Part shown: one piece after another, positions 48,736 through 59,086 of the stretch
Layout: every line of letters begins with the position of its first letter
Numbering within the stretch: position 1 is the first letter of the stretch
Source of the DNA: Candidatus Hydrogenedentota bacterium
Lineage (GTDB): Bacteria; Hydrogenedentota; Hydrogenedentia; Hydrogenedentales; JAEUWI01
DNA length: 64,000 bases
Direction: 5' to 3'
Assembly: GCA_034669905.1 (NCBI GenBank)
Contig: JAXMOL010000012.1
Coordinates: 64,001 to 128,000, forward strand
Notes under the pieces: generated by a model
Told to the model about the DNA's origin: nothing
What the model saw: only the letters and a program-made list of their open reading frames with translations
Databases searched by the model: none
Made by a program: the position numbers and the translations under genes

Positions 48736-49674
48736 TTATGCACCCAGTGAGGTGAGTTTGGCCCACGCTGTGCTCGTGGGGAACTGGTCGTCTTCGCCAC
48801 CTCCGCCATTGTCATCGGCAACCGTTGCACCGTTGGCTACGTATTTCTGGAACTCCACGTGTCCGTCGGCGAAGAGCACATTGGCCCCACCCGGTACGTG
48901 GTTGAAGATGGAGACGCTTTCACCCACTACGTCCCACATGATCGGAAGGGTCGATTGGGCCTTGGCGGCGCCTGCGGGGTTGTTGATATCCGTAATGAAG
49001 AAGCGCTCGATGCCTTCGCGGAAGCGCAGCATGGGGATGTTTTCCCCGGCGGCATACTCACTGTTGCCGGGATGGTCAAAGTCGTGATCTCGTTCCAGGT
49101 CGTCTTCGACCTGATCGAACTGACCGCCCAGAAACGGAATGATCATAACATTGAGAAAGAAGGACCAAATACCCTGAGTCCCTGGATCGTTTTGGTAGGG
49201 TGAAATGTAGGAGTTGTCGGGAATCGCATAGCCCAGATAAATGTAGGAACGGTCAGAGGTGTCCGTTGCGCCGGTGTAAAGACCGGTCCGTGGATCGCCG
49301 TCCAGCATTTCGGTCGAAATGTTCCCAGTGAGGTCCAGCCATTGGCCCCCTTGGCCGATGAATTCATCGGGGTCGCCTTCCGTATCCGAGGGGCAAAAGA
49401 TGGCATTGAGATCCGTCAGATACTCGGGGTAAGTCGCCGCAGCAGAAAAGAAGAAGTTGCCGGGGTTGATCGATTTGGGGGGAAACTTTTCTCCCTTGGA
49501 CTCATTGGCGAACATCTTGCACACCAAGCCCATCTGTTTCAGATTATTCTGACAGGATGCCCGTCGGGCCGCTTCCCGTGCCCGGGCCAATGCCGGGAGT
49601 AGAATGGCTGCCAGTATGCCGATGATGGCAATGACCACCAGCAGTTCAATCAGGGTGAAACCACGCTTTTTCAT
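48736..49674 (-). CDS. DUF1559 prepilin-type N-terminal cleavage/methylation protein with C-terminal H-X9-DG motif
   Basis: [43 protein letters not shown] and [19 protein letters not shown]. Confidence 0.93.
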   Translation of the reverse strand: MKKRGFTLIELLVVIAIIGILAAILLPALARAREAARRASCQNNLKQMGLVCKMFANESKGEKFPPKSINPGNFFFSAAATYPEYLTDLNAIFCPSDTEGDPDEFIGQGGQWLDLTGNISTEMLDGDPRTGLYTGATDTSDRSYIYLGYAIPDNSYISPYQNDPGTQGIWSFFLNVMIIPFLGGQFDQVEDDLERDHDFDHPGNSEYAAGENIPMLRFREGIERFFITDINNPAGAAKAQSTLPIMWDVVGESVSIFNHVPGGANVLFADGHVEFQKYVANGATVADDNGGGGEDDQFPTSTAWAKLTSLGA

Positions 49675-50013
49675 AGTTCGGTGCCTTTCAGAGTACGATT
49701 CCGTTGTCCTGGCGAACCAGTCTACACAACGGGATCGCCCTTATGAATAATACTTCATCAGCCTATAGGAGGGCACCTGATCTGTCAACGAAAAAATATA
49801 CCTACCGTTCTATAGGAATCGGGCGCCGGGACGGGAATTCAAGTATAACAAGGAATGCTCCCCACCCCTTATTGCATTGCGAGAATTTATGGAAAATGTA
49901 CCGCGCGCACCCACCGGACCAGGCCCACCCATGGGCCCTCTCCCCGTGGGCCATCCCAACTGTGATACATTGGGTGGGCGGGTATCCGAATCGACTACGG
50001 AAAGGATATATCC

Positions 50014-50868
50014 ATGACGTTGGAAGGCAGCCTCCTCCTTCATTGCCCCGACGTAAAGGGCATCGTCTATGAAGTGTCCCGGTTCCTCTTTGAGCGGGGC
50101 GGCAATATCATCGATGCCCAACAGCATCGGGAAGAGTTGGACAACCGCTTTTTCATGCGGGTCCACTTTGATGCGTCTGAGATGGCGCGTCCTCAGGCGC
50201 GGCTGCGGGAAGAGCTACAGGAGTTGACCGACCGCTTTTCCATGGCCTGCCGGGTGCAGTTTAGTGATGAGCCCCGCAACATTGCGGTGCTGGTATCGCG
50301 TTATGATCATTGCCTCTATGACCTGTTGCTACGCCACCAGTATGGAGAGCTCCAGGGCAACATTGCGGTCGTAGCCAGCAACCACCCCGACCTGGCACCC
50401 GTCGCGGCCCACTTCGACGTGCCCTTCGTCCACGTGCCTGTGACCCGGGAGACCAAAGCCGCAGCAGAGGAGGACATGTTGGGGTTACTCTGCCGCTATG
50501 GGATTGACCTGGTGGTTCTGGCGCGCTATATGCAGATTCTGTCGCCGACCCTGGTGGACCCTTATGCCAACCGGATTATCAATGTTCACCATGGTTTCCT
50601 GCCTGCTTTTCAGGGGGCCCGTCCCTATCACCAGGCCTACGAGAAAGGGGTGAAGCTCATCGGCGCCACCAGCCATTATGTGACGGCAGATCTGGATATG
50701 GGGCCCATCATCCAGCAGGCCAGTGTGGCTGTCAATCACAGCCACAGCGTGGCGGACCTGAGCACCATGGGGCGCGATATCGAAAGTCAGGTCCTGGCGG
50801 CCGCGGTGCGGGCCCATCTCGATGCCCGGATTATGGTCTATCGCGACCGGACCATCGTCTTTGAGTAG
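50014..50868 (+). CDS. purU: Formyltetrahydrofolate deformylase
   Basis: ACT N-terminus CPDVKGIV, HCLYDLL, LVVLARYMQIL, INVHHGFLPAFQGARPYHQA, GATSHYVTADLDMGPII. Confidence 0.96.
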   Translation: MTLEGSLLLHCPDVKGIVYEVSRFLFERGGNIIDAQQHREELDNRFFMRVHFDASEMARPQARLREELQELTDRFSMACRVQFSDEPRNIAVLVSRYDHCLYDLLLRHQYGELQGNIAVVASNHPDLAPVAAHFDVPFVHVPVTRETKAAAEEDMLGLLCRYGIDLVVLARYMQILSPTLVDPYANRIINVHHGFLPAFQGARPYHQAYEKGVKLIGATSHYVTADLDMGPIIQQASVAVNHSHSVADLSTMGRDIESQVLAAAVRAHLDARIMVYRDRTIVFE

Positions 50869-50933
50869 CGTATTCGGCGTGGGGCTGCTATGATCAGGGG
50901 TGAAGTGATCCACCAACCGAAGGAGTACGCACT

Positions 50934-51779
50934 GTGACAATGCCGGGCAAGATTAAACCATGGTTTCCGCTGGGTCTAACGTTTTCATTGATCGTCCTGC
51001 TCAGTTCCTGTGCCACCGTGCCGCTCACCAACCGGAGCCAGATGACCCTGTTGCCCGAATCGCAGATGGTGATGCTGGGGCAGCAGGCCTATCAGCAACA
51101 GTTGAGCGAACATCCGGTGAGCAAGACGCCCGGCGATGTGGAGCCGGTCCAGCGGGTAGGCGAACGGCTCGCTGCGGCGACCATCGATTTTCTCAAGGCC
51201 AATAACCTGCCCACCGATGTCTATGCGTGGGAATTCAGCGTCATCGACAACGACGAGATTGTGAATGCCACCTGTTTGCCCGGCGGCAAGATTGTATTTT
51301 ACAGCGGCATCTTTAAGTACACCCAGGACGACAACGGCATTGCCACCGTCATGGGCCACGAAATTGCCCACGCCATCGCCCGCCACGGTAACGAGCGGGT
51401 GAGCGAAGCGCTGTTGCTGCAATTGGGTGCCATGAGTCTCGCCGAAGCCATGAAAACCTCACCGGCACAAACGCGGGAAATCACCAACCAGGCCTTCGGA
51501 ATCGTATCCAACTATGGCGTGGCCCTGCCCCACAACCGTTCCCGCGAATCCGAAGCGGACCGAATCGGCCTGACCCTCATGGCCAAGGCGGGTTACGACC
51601 CCCGCACGGCCGTACCCTTCTGGGAGCGCTTCAGCGAAGCGGGAAAAGACGTGCCGGAATTCTTGTCCACCCACCCTTCTGGCGCAACCCGTATCGCCGA
51701 CATCAAGACCCACCTCCCCGAAGCCCTGCAGCACTACACCGGTGGTTTTCGGGTCGGGAAGCCGGTGGAAAGCCCTTGA
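50934..51779 (+). CDS. M48-family metalloprotease lipoprotein
   Basis: Lipobox LSSC, NATCLPGGKI, HEIAH, ESEADRIG, FLSTHPS. Confidence 0.93.
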   Translation: MTMPGKIKPWFPLGLTFSLIVLLSSCATVPLTNRSQMTLLPESQMVMLGQQAYQQQLSEHPVSKTPGDVEPVQRVGERLAAATIDFLKANNLPTDVYAWEFSVIDNDEIVNATCLPGGKIVFYSGIFKYTQDDNGIATVMGHEIAHAIARHGNERVSEALLLQLGAMSLAEAMKTSPAQTREITNQAFGIVSNYGVALPHNRSRESEADRIGLTLMAKAGYDPRTAVPFWERFSEAGKDVPEFLSTHPSGATRIADIKTHLPEALQHYTGGFRVGKPVESP

Positions 51780-52246
51780 GGGGGAGGTGTAGGGGATTTT
51801 ATCTTATTGGCCCCGGCTTAACCCCCGGCGATGCCGGCGAGTATTCGTGAGGATATGCCGTTTCTACGTTAGTTGTTGGCATTCATACGCTGGGCGGTAT
51901 GTGCCATATTCTTTTGTTAGTCCCGTAGTCGCTATGCAAGGGCTCGCAAGGGATTTTTCGTGCCCATGGAGCCATACAGACGTGGGGCCACCACAGAGGG
52001 CGGCATTCGGGCGTCTTCCTTTTCTTCTCTGGACCGGACGCCCTCTTTTATTTTTTCTTGGTCCCGATTCATGGGCCGTTGGCCCAGGCTATAGGCCTGG
52101 GTAAATTCGGTATTTCTCTCTTCCCAGGGCTGAAAGCCCGCAACATGTGCTCACGGCAATTCCGAAAATTCCGAACCGTCGTGTAGTCGGAAGTCGGTAC
52201 TACGGGAGCAGCACCTCAACCTGATGAGTTGGGAATTTCCATAACC

Positions 52247-54514
52247 CTAGCGATAGTCTTCCATCTTGGGGGCGCTGCCTTCGATGACCCGGGGTTCATA
52301 ACCAGGTTCGTAGGATTCTTCGAGGTTTGCCTTTAAGTCGGCCTCGTCAAACCACACGGGTTTGGTTTCCCGTGCCACAAAGAGGGGGACCTGATCGGCG
52401 TAGTGGGGGGACTCCGGTCGGGTGCTCGCGCTGCCGAATTGATGGATGCTCCGGGAATGTACCTTTCCATCGGCGTCCCATGTGGCCATGAGGACGTAGC
52501 AGTCGCCTGCCTGGCCCTCCAGAAAGGAGCCGTTCCATTGGCCATAGACAGCGTGAAGGATATCCGGTCCGCCGCCCATGCCCACGTTCACATCGCCGCG
52601 GACGAGGCGGTTGACCTCTTTCCAAGGCACGTCGAGTTTCCCGAAGGCCCCTTTCAGTTGGGTTGCCTTTTCGAGGAGGTGCTCCATTACGGGCGCACCG
52701 GAATTTCCCTTGATACGCGGGCCGGCCGTATCCTTAAGAAACATGCAGGCCAGGGCAGCGCTCGTGTTTTCCGGATTGCATTGGTAGTCCCAGGCCTTTA
52801 AGACGTCGACTGCTTCCTGGAGCAAGGGGTCGGTGACGTCGCTTGCGCTGAAGACTTCCTCCAGCACTTCGGTCACCTTGGAGTTCCGAGGGTAGGCCAC
52901 ATCATACTTGTAGGCGTAGAATTCCTCCTCCGTAATCGACTCATCCGCCGCGAGGAGTTCCAGCAGACGAATCTGCCGGTTGGTCAGTTCCTCAACGGGT
53001 TCGATGCCAGCGGTCGTGGGGAAGTTTTCGGGCTTCAGGTCTTCCGATGGGTCGGTAGCGCGGAAGGGCGTGCCATTGGCATTTGCGATGTAGCCTGCCG
53101 CAGGGTCTTTGATGACCGGCAGTTGCTCAAAGGGGAGATAGCTTTCCCAAAGGGTTTCCGATACATCGCCGGGGAGATACTGGCTGTAATCATAGCCTGG
53201 CGCGCGGTCGGGGAGTAGGGCATTGTAGCGATACATGATATGGCCCGACTTATCGGCGTAGCCCACGTTAAAGGAGGGGATGGCCTGCATGGCCATGGCA
53301 CCGTCAAATTCCGTGAGGTCCTTCGATTTTCCCATACGGTACCATTGTTCCACCTGGCGGATGTCGCCGTAGCCCGCATAGCGAATGGCATAGACGCCGT
53401 GGGGACGACGGACCACCGGGCCATGGACCGAGTAGAGGGCTTCCTGGGTGGCTTTCCATTTGAAGCCACCATAGAGATTGACTACGAGGGGGACGACCGA
53501 TTTTTCCAGGTCTTTCCATTCGCCGTCATATTTGTATTGGTCGGGGTTTTCGGGGTTCATCTCCAACACATAGACATCGACCAGGTCGGGGCTGTTGACC
53601 GTGTGGGCCCAGCCGAGGTCGCGGTTGTGTCCGTGGAGGACCAACGGCGTGCCGGGGAAGACACCTCCGACGAGGTCCCAGCCTTCCTCACTGTGAAGCC
53701 GTGCCTCATACCACGCCACGGGCCCGGTCCAGGGCTGGTGGGAATTGATGGCGAGGTGGGTCTTGCCGTCGGGCGTGCGGCTGGGCGCGATGGCGAAGGT
53801 GTTGGAGCCCGTGGGCAGTTCGTCGGTCAAGATATTGCGGAAGGCCACGCCGTCTTCTTTCCGGGACACACTGCGCTGGCGCTCGGTGTTGAAGAGGCGA
53901 TTCATTTCGTTATCGAGCCCGAAGAAGAAGGGGGTCTTCAACACGAAGCCCGTGACCACATCCTGGCCCGTGGCGGGGAGGATGCCGGGGATAACCTCAT
54001 CGGGGTGGAGGGCCGCGTAGTGGTTGTAGCCCGCGGCGTAGGCTTCGCAGACGGCCCGCACTTCGGGGCTGAGGTCCTTTTCATATTTTTCGGCTACGAT
54101 TTCCTGGAAGCGAAAGAGTTTCACCAGGTAATCGAAGGGAGCGGCCTCGGGGCCCTGCAATTCGGCAAGTCGGCCCCGGGTGAGATAGAAGGTCTCCTGG
54201 ATGGTCTTGAAGTCATCTTCGGCATGGGCATAGGCCAGGCCATAGGCCGCCGCGGCGTCGGTCTTCCCATAGAGATGGGGAACGCCCCAGGTGTCCCGGT
54301 GGATGGTCACCTCATACTTGCCCGCCGGGGGAATGAGGTCCCGGGGCGAGGGCATGAAGGTGAGATAGGGAATCTGGGTGCTGATAATACCCAGCAGGGT
54401 CACACAGGCCACGCCTAGCGCGATTTTAGGCCAGCGAAATTTTGTGGGGGGCTGGCTGGCGGCGGCGGGGTCGATATACAACAGATCTTGGGGTTTCGTG
54501 TCGTCACTCATCAA
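52247..54514 (-). CDS. Penicillin/AHL acylase family Ntn hydrolase (S45)
   Basis: RDTWGVPH, YAHAED, GSNTFAIAPSRT...AINSHQPW, LGWAHTVN, SPHYADQ. Confidence 0.92.
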   Translation of the reverse strand: MMSDDTKPQDLLYIDPAAASQPPTKFRWPKIALGVACVTLLGIISTQIPYLTFMPSPRDLIPPAGKYEVTIHRDTWGVPHLYGKTDAAAAYGLAYAHAEDDFKTIQETFYLTRGRLAELQGPEAAPFDYLVKLFRFQEIVAEKYEKDLSPEVRAVCEAYAAGYNHYAALHPDEVIPGILPATGQDVVTGFVLKTPFFFGLDNEMNRLFNTERQRSVSRKEDGVAFRNILTDELPTGSNTFAIAPSRTPDGKTHLAINSHQPWTGPVAWYEARLHSEEGWDLVGGVFPGTPLVLHGHNRDLGWAHTVNSPDLVDVYVLEMNPENPDQYKYDGEWKDLEKSVVPLVVNLYGGFKWKATQEALYSVHGPVVRRPHGVYAIRYAGYGDIRQVEQWYRMGKSKDLTEFDGAMAMQAIPSFNVGYADKSGHIMYRYNALLPDRAPGYDYSQYLPGDVSETLWESYLPFEQLPVIKDPAAGYIANANGTPFRATDPSEDLKPENFPTTAGIEPVEELTNRQIRLLELLAADESITEEEFYAYKYDVAYPRNSKVTEVLEEVFSASDVTDPLLQEAVDVLKAWDYQCNPENTSAALACMFLKDTAGPRIKGNSGAPVMEHLLEKATQLKGAFGKLDVPWKEVNRLVRGDVNVGMGGGPDILHAVYGQWNGSFLEGQAGDCYVLMATWDADGKVHSRSIHQFGSASTRPESPHYADQVPLFVARETKPVWFDEADLKANLEESYEPGYEPRVIEGSAPKMEDYR

Positions 54515-55709
54515 GGGATTCCAGGTAGTGGCGCATGGCGGTTACCAGGGTAGTGCCAAAGGCCCGTGCGTTTTCGGTGGTGACGGTCACGTCGCCCACG
54601 TTGGCATAGGGGATTTCGATGGCGCCCGCATGGCGAACGCCGGGGAGGTTGCCGGCCCATTGAAAGATGCCCGCCCCCGCCGTGTAGTTCGCCGCGGTAT
54701 TCCAGCTTTTTCCGAAGGGCATGTCGTTCGCCGCCTTGTAGGGCAAGGGGGAGTCGGGCACGGCTTCCAGGAGTTGGGCGAAACGTTGTTGCTCTTTCCA
54801 TATCTCCGGGCGTTCATGGCCCACCAGATAGATGTGCTCGTTGCCGCCGCCGCGAATGTGGGGGCAATGGATGTCCAGGGTGAAGCGGAGCCGCCCTTCC
54901 GACCACGCTGGAACGGTATCGCGTATGGCCCGCGTGCTGTTGTAAAGGCTTTCCCCTTTGTAGTCACGGCCATGGTCGCGGGGACTGCGGTTCTTGCCTT
55001 GTTCACCCTGCTCCACGCCGTCGACATCGACCATGGGGAGGGCCAGGACTTCCACGTTGTTTCGGAACCAGGCGCCGTCTTCCGAATCCCCCAGGAGGGT
55101 GGTGAAGATCCCCTCAAGGACATAGCTGGCCATGGACTCACAGGCATGGTGGCGCGCTGTGAGGAGCACACGATGCGTGGGGGAGTCCGGGCTACCAATA
55201 CGGATCCGGGGGACGTCGCGATTGCCTTCACTCTGACACAGGCTATCGACCGTCAATGCGGCATGGCCCGACACGGTCTCCAGAAAGCGCTCCAGATCAC
55301 GGACCTGATAGGGAGGCGCAAAGGCAAAGCGTACCGGTTCGCCGCTTTCTGGAAAAGTGTAGCGGAAGGCGGTCATACGTTTTTCTGCGTCAACGGTATC
55401 TGTGCCCAACCAACGCCACGTCAACCCCCGATCCAGACTGACTGCCGGACCCCGGGTGCCGATGACCTTCCCATCCGTGAAGTTGAAGGTGACGGTCTCA
55501 CCGGGTGTTCCCGTCGCCTCAAAGTTCCAATAAAACCACCAACGCGAACTCGTGTGGTAGTCCTGCCGGAGCGCAACGGATGCCGGGGCGCGCTTCTCCA
55601 CGATGATGTTGCCACCGGGATAGTCGCTTTGAAGGGTGAGCTCCGCCGAAGCGGTCGCACTCAGCGCGATTGCGAAGAAGCCAAGGAAAACAGGGTACGC
55701 GTATTTCAT
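54504..55709 (-). CDS. M14 zinc carboxypeptidase-like protein
   Basis: SDYPGGNI, WWFYWNF, TARHHACE (HxxE), PMVDVDGV, GKNR, LDIHCP. Confidence 0.82.
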   Translation of the reverse strand: MKYAYPVFLGFFAIALSATASAELTLQSDYPGGNIIVEKRAPASVALRQDYHTSSRWWFYWNFEATGTPGETVTFNFTDGKVIGTRGPAVSLDRGLTWRWLGTDTVDAEKRMTAFRYTFPESGEPVRFAFAPPYQVRDLERFLETVSGHAALTVDSLCQSEGNRDVPRIRIGSPDSPTHRVLLTARHHACESMASYVLEGIFTTLLGDSEDGAWFRNNVEVLALPMVDVDGVEQGEQGKNRSPRDHGRDYKGESLYNSTRAIRDTVPAWSEGRLRFTLDIHCPHIRGGGNEHIYLVGHERPEIWKEQQRFAQLLEAVPDSPLPYKAANDMPFGKSWNTAANYTAGAGIFQWAGNLPGVRHAGAIEIPYANVGDVTVTTENARAFGTTLVTAMRHYLESLDE

Positions 55710-55759
55710 GATAAAACCTACGGTTGTCCGCCGCCGGGGGGCGACGTGCCGGACAGTCG

Positions 55760-57265
55760 TTACTTTCCGTCAATGGCCCGTTTCAACAAGTTGTGGGTAA
55801 TCTGCTGCACGCGGGGATCGGGACCATGGGGGCGGCTCCAGTGCGACCAGGGGAGGGTATGTCCCGGCGGGGAGCTGAGGCCCTGGGCCCAGAAAATGGT
55901 CGAGGCGTTAAAGACGAAGTTATCTTTCGGGCCGGGGTAGATGGTGGCCGTCCATTGCTGGGGCGTATCCCCACCGACAAAGGCCGTGCCCGATGCCACG
56001 ATTTCCAGCCCGGGGATGTCGGCCGGCATGCCGTGGTATTCCCAGCCGATGAGGCCGGGGATGCGGTCGCCTTTCTTCACGCCCGTGTCGGCGAATATCC
56101 AGTGCTCGGGTTGCTGGATAATCCAATCGCCGCCACCGTTGACCGGTTCCACGTTGCGCGCGCCCATGAGGAGGCCTTCATCGGGGCCATGCTCGGGAAA
56201 GGGTCCATGGTCCTTGATGCGGTTCACGGCGTAGTCATTCTCGGCGCCATAGGGGCCACCGCGAAAGATGATGCGGTTTTCCCGACCGTCGCTGCTCGGT
56301 TGGAAAGGGGTGACCCAACAGACGGAGTTACCGGAAAGAAAGAGGAGGTCCACGCCTTCATCACGCATTTTGGTCACGCTGTTAAACTGACGGATGTCCC
56401 AGTATTCGTCGTGTCCAATACTGACGAAGGTCTTGCACTTCAGGCCCCGGTCGGGGGTCAGCATGTCGCTGTTGGAGCAGTAGGTTACGTCGTAGCCATG
56501 TTTCTCCAGCCAGTAGGCCATGGGAAACTCGAAGGGCAGGAATTCGCCCGATCCCACGGTCAGGGGGTCATTCACCACACCGGTGAACTGGCCTTCCCGC
56601 GCATAGGGCCGGTCAAAGCTTACGTCCGCCCAGGGCCCCTGGGTGCCCTTGGGGTGGGTGTAGATGGAGTACTTGTTGGGCCATTTGTTGTAGGCCTGCC
56701 ACGTGTTGTCGGAGCACTGGAAGAGGATGTCGGCCGGCCGGTCATCGGTGACGATGAAGACCACGTAGCTCTGCCAGTAGGGGAGGTCGTCGCTCCCGGG
56801 CAGGGTGCTGAGGCGACCGAGGTAAACGCCGCTCAACCAATCCTCGGGGATGGTCAGCTGGGTTGCCGGTTCCCACTGACATTCGTGGAGATTCTTTTCT
56901 CCCGGCTCGGGGGTGGGCTGCACCGAACCCTGAAGGGGGCCAATGGTCTTCATGAGGCGGGCGCCCCGACCGTCATAGTAGCCCATGCGGAAGATTTCGA
57001 TTTCATAGGGGAGGGCGGGGTCGGTGGAGACCATGATGTCAATCGTCTCGCCCGCCGAGACACTTTGCCTGGAGCAGTAGCCCTCAATCCAGGGCGAGCG
57101 GTAGGCCTGCTTGTCTACCCGTACCCGGGTAAGTTGCCAGTCGAGGGCGCCGGGCTTGGCATTTTCCGTAACGATGGGGTTGTCGGCGGCCGTGGCCTGC
57201 TGGCTGGTCGTCGTGACGAGGAAGGCGACCGAGAGGGATAGCAGCATTCGTGTAGTGGATATCAT
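55760..57265 (-). CDS. N,N-dimethylformamidase beta-subunit family (DUF6605) secreted protein
   Basis: IEGYCSRQSV, TWQAYNKW, VSFDRPY, WLEKHGYDVTY, GHDEYW, LSGN. Confidence 0.82.
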   Translation of the reverse strand: MISTTRMLLSLSVAFLVTTTSQQATAADNPIVTENAKPGALDWQLTRVRVDKQAYRSPWIEGYCSRQSVSAGETIDIMVSTDPALPYEIEIFRMGYYDGRGARLMKTIGPLQGSVQPTPEPGEKNLHECQWEPATQLTIPEDWLSGVYLGRLSTLPGSDDLPYWQSYVVFIVTDDRPADILFQCSDNTWQAYNKWPNKYSIYTHPKGTQGPWADVSFDRPYAREGQFTGVVNDPLTVGSGEFLPFEFPMAYWLEKHGYDVTYCSNSDMLTPDRGLKCKTFVSIGHDEYWDIRQFNSVTKMRDEGVDLLFLSGNSVCWVTPFQPSSDGRENRIIFRGGPYGAENDYAVNRIKDHGPFPEHGPDEGLLMGARNVEPVNGGGDWIIQQPEHWIFADTGVKKGDRIPGLIGWEYHGMPADIPGLEIVASGTAFVGGDTPQQWTATIYPGPKDNFVFNASTIFWAQGLSSPPGHTLPWSHWSRPHGPDPRVQQITHNLLKRAIDGK

Positions 57266-57447
57266 GTTTCGTTCTCTTTTGAGGTAGAAGGGGCACTAAG
57301 CATTCTTAGGACCTTAGCGCGTGAATCCCTTAAATTGCAATGGCGCGCCGTTGGAATTCGACGGGGCTGCACGGTAAAATATGGCACGACCACCGCTCAG
57401 GAAGGTGGTTTTTCTCTTCTTCGTCCCCCGATCGGATGCCCCACACC

Positions 57448-58656
57448 ATGACCACCCCCTCTTCCCTTGCGCGCTGTCCCCATTTTGGTGATTGCGGCGG
57501 TTGTAAATCTCAAGACGTGCCCTATGACACCCAACTCGCTGCCAAGTCGGCGGCCCTGGGTGAATTGTTTGCCGATTTCTGGACCGCCCCCATTGCGGTA
57601 ACGCCGTCGCCCACCCAGTGGAACTACCGCAACAAGATCGACCCGGCCTTTTCGCGCATGCGCTATCCCGAGCCGCCCCCGGCAGACTTTGTGCGGGAAA
57701 CGGTGCTGGGCTATAAGAAGAAGGGCCAGTGGTATTGGCCCCTGGATATCGACGAGTGCCACATCGGCCCAGAGGGTGCCAGTGCGCTCCTACAGGCGAC
57801 CCGGGCGTGGTATCAGGAGCACGATATTCGTGCCTGGGACAGCCGCTCGAAGGATGGTGTATTGCGCTATCTGCTGGTCCGTGACGGAAAGCGTTCCGGG
57901 GAGAAGATGGTCGTGCTCATTACCCACGAAGGCGAGCTGGATTGTACTCCCTTCGTCGAGTTGGCCCAATCGGTCTACGGTGCGACCAGTGTCTATCGGG
58001 GCTACTTCACGGGCCGCAGTGATGTGGCGACGGCAGAGCGCCTGGAAGTGCTGGCTGGCGACGCCTATATTACAGAGACCCTCCACCTGCCGAATGGCGT
58101 GGATACGCGCTCGCTTTCTTTCCGAATCTCTCCCCTGAGCTTTTTTCAGACCAATCCCCTGGCAACCGAGAATCTGTACGGAGCCATCCGGGGTTTGGTG
58201 CGTGAGCTTGCGCCGCCGACCCTTTATGACCTTTATGGGGGCGCGGGGGGGATAGCCTTCAGCTGTAGCGACCTGGTGGAGAAGATCTGGTCGGTTGAGG
58301 AAGTGGTGCCCGCCACGGAAGATGGTCGATACAACGCGGAAGTAAACGGCATCGAAAACGTGGAATTCATCACCGCGAAGACCGAGACCTATCTCGTGAA
58401 TCAGCGCCCTGGTGGTCTGGCTTCCGGCGCCACGGTAATCCTCGACCCGCCCCGTTCGGCCCTCCACCCCAAGGCCATCAAGCGGCTCATGGAGTTTCAG
58501 CCAGAGCACATGATCTATGTCTCGTGTAACCCGAAACTGCTGGCCCGCGAACTGGCGGTGTTTTCGGAAGTTTACGATCTGGCCTCCCTGGAAGCCTTCG
58601 ACCTCTTTCCCCACACGCCTCATGTGGAAGCCCTGGCCGTCTTGAAAAAACGCTAA
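57448..58656 (+). CDS. rlmD: 23S rRNA m5U methyltransferase (RlmD/TrmA family)
   Basis: CPHFGDCGGC Fe-S motif, YRNK, SFFQTN, DLYGGAG, LDPPRSAL, YVSCNP, DLFPHTPHVE; no TRAM domain. Confidence 0.85.
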   Translation: MTTPSSLARCPHFGDCGGCKSQDVPYDTQLAAKSAALGELFADFWTAPIAVTPSPTQWNYRNKIDPAFSRMRYPEPPPADFVRETVLGYKKKGQWYWPLDIDECHIGPEGASALLQATRAWYQEHDIRAWDSRSKDGVLRYLLVRDGKRSGEKMVVLITHEGELDCTPFVELAQSVYGATSVYRGYFTGRSDVATAERLEVLAGDAYITETLHLPNGVDTRSLSFRISPLSFFQTNPLATENLYGAIRGLVRELAPPTLYDLYGGAGGIAFSCSDLVEKIWSVEEVVPATEDGRYNAEVNGIENVEFITAKTETYLVNQRPGGLASGATVILDPPRSALHPKAIKRLMEFQPEHMIYVSCNPKLLARELAVFSEVYDLASLEAFDLFPHTPHVEALAVLKKR

Positions 58657-58670
58657 GGGTAAAGACGGTC

Positions 58671-59028
58671 AACCACGAATGGACTTGAATTGTAAGGAGC
58701 ATCCGCTGACCGTAAGCCCTTTGTGATGGTTCGTCATTCCCGCGCAGGCGGGAATCCAGGCGTGGTGCACGGTGCCCCGCCGTGTTTCTGGATCCCCGCC
58801 TTCGCGGGGATGACGGCATGGGAAAGTTTTCCCTCGTTCCGTAGGGGGCCGGGGCGTTTGCCTTGGCGTGGTCGTGTGGGACCCGTGGGACCGATGAGAC
58901 CTGTGGGACATCACTGACGGGAAGAGGCCTCGTTGGAAGCGGATGCCGCGCAAACACGAAGTGTTGTGCGTTCTATGTGGTCAATTAGACACTCACTTAT
59001 TCGTGTAAATTCGTGTCCATTCGTGGTT
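58671..59028. repeat. Composite repeat cluster: inverted 10-mer arrays enclosing a paired ATTCCC-N8-GGGAAT palindrome and a 9-mer array
   Basis: AACCACGAAT.. at 58671-58691; CGTCATTCCCGCGCAGGCGGGAATCCAG at 58732-58759 with its inverse at 58788-58815; GTGGGACCN x4 at 58876-58911; ..ATTCGTGGTT at 58997-59028. Confidence 0.8.
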
Positions 59029-59086
59029 AAAATAACCCGGCGACGACACGCTCAGGATTTCAACACCAATCAACAAAGGGGCCTTC

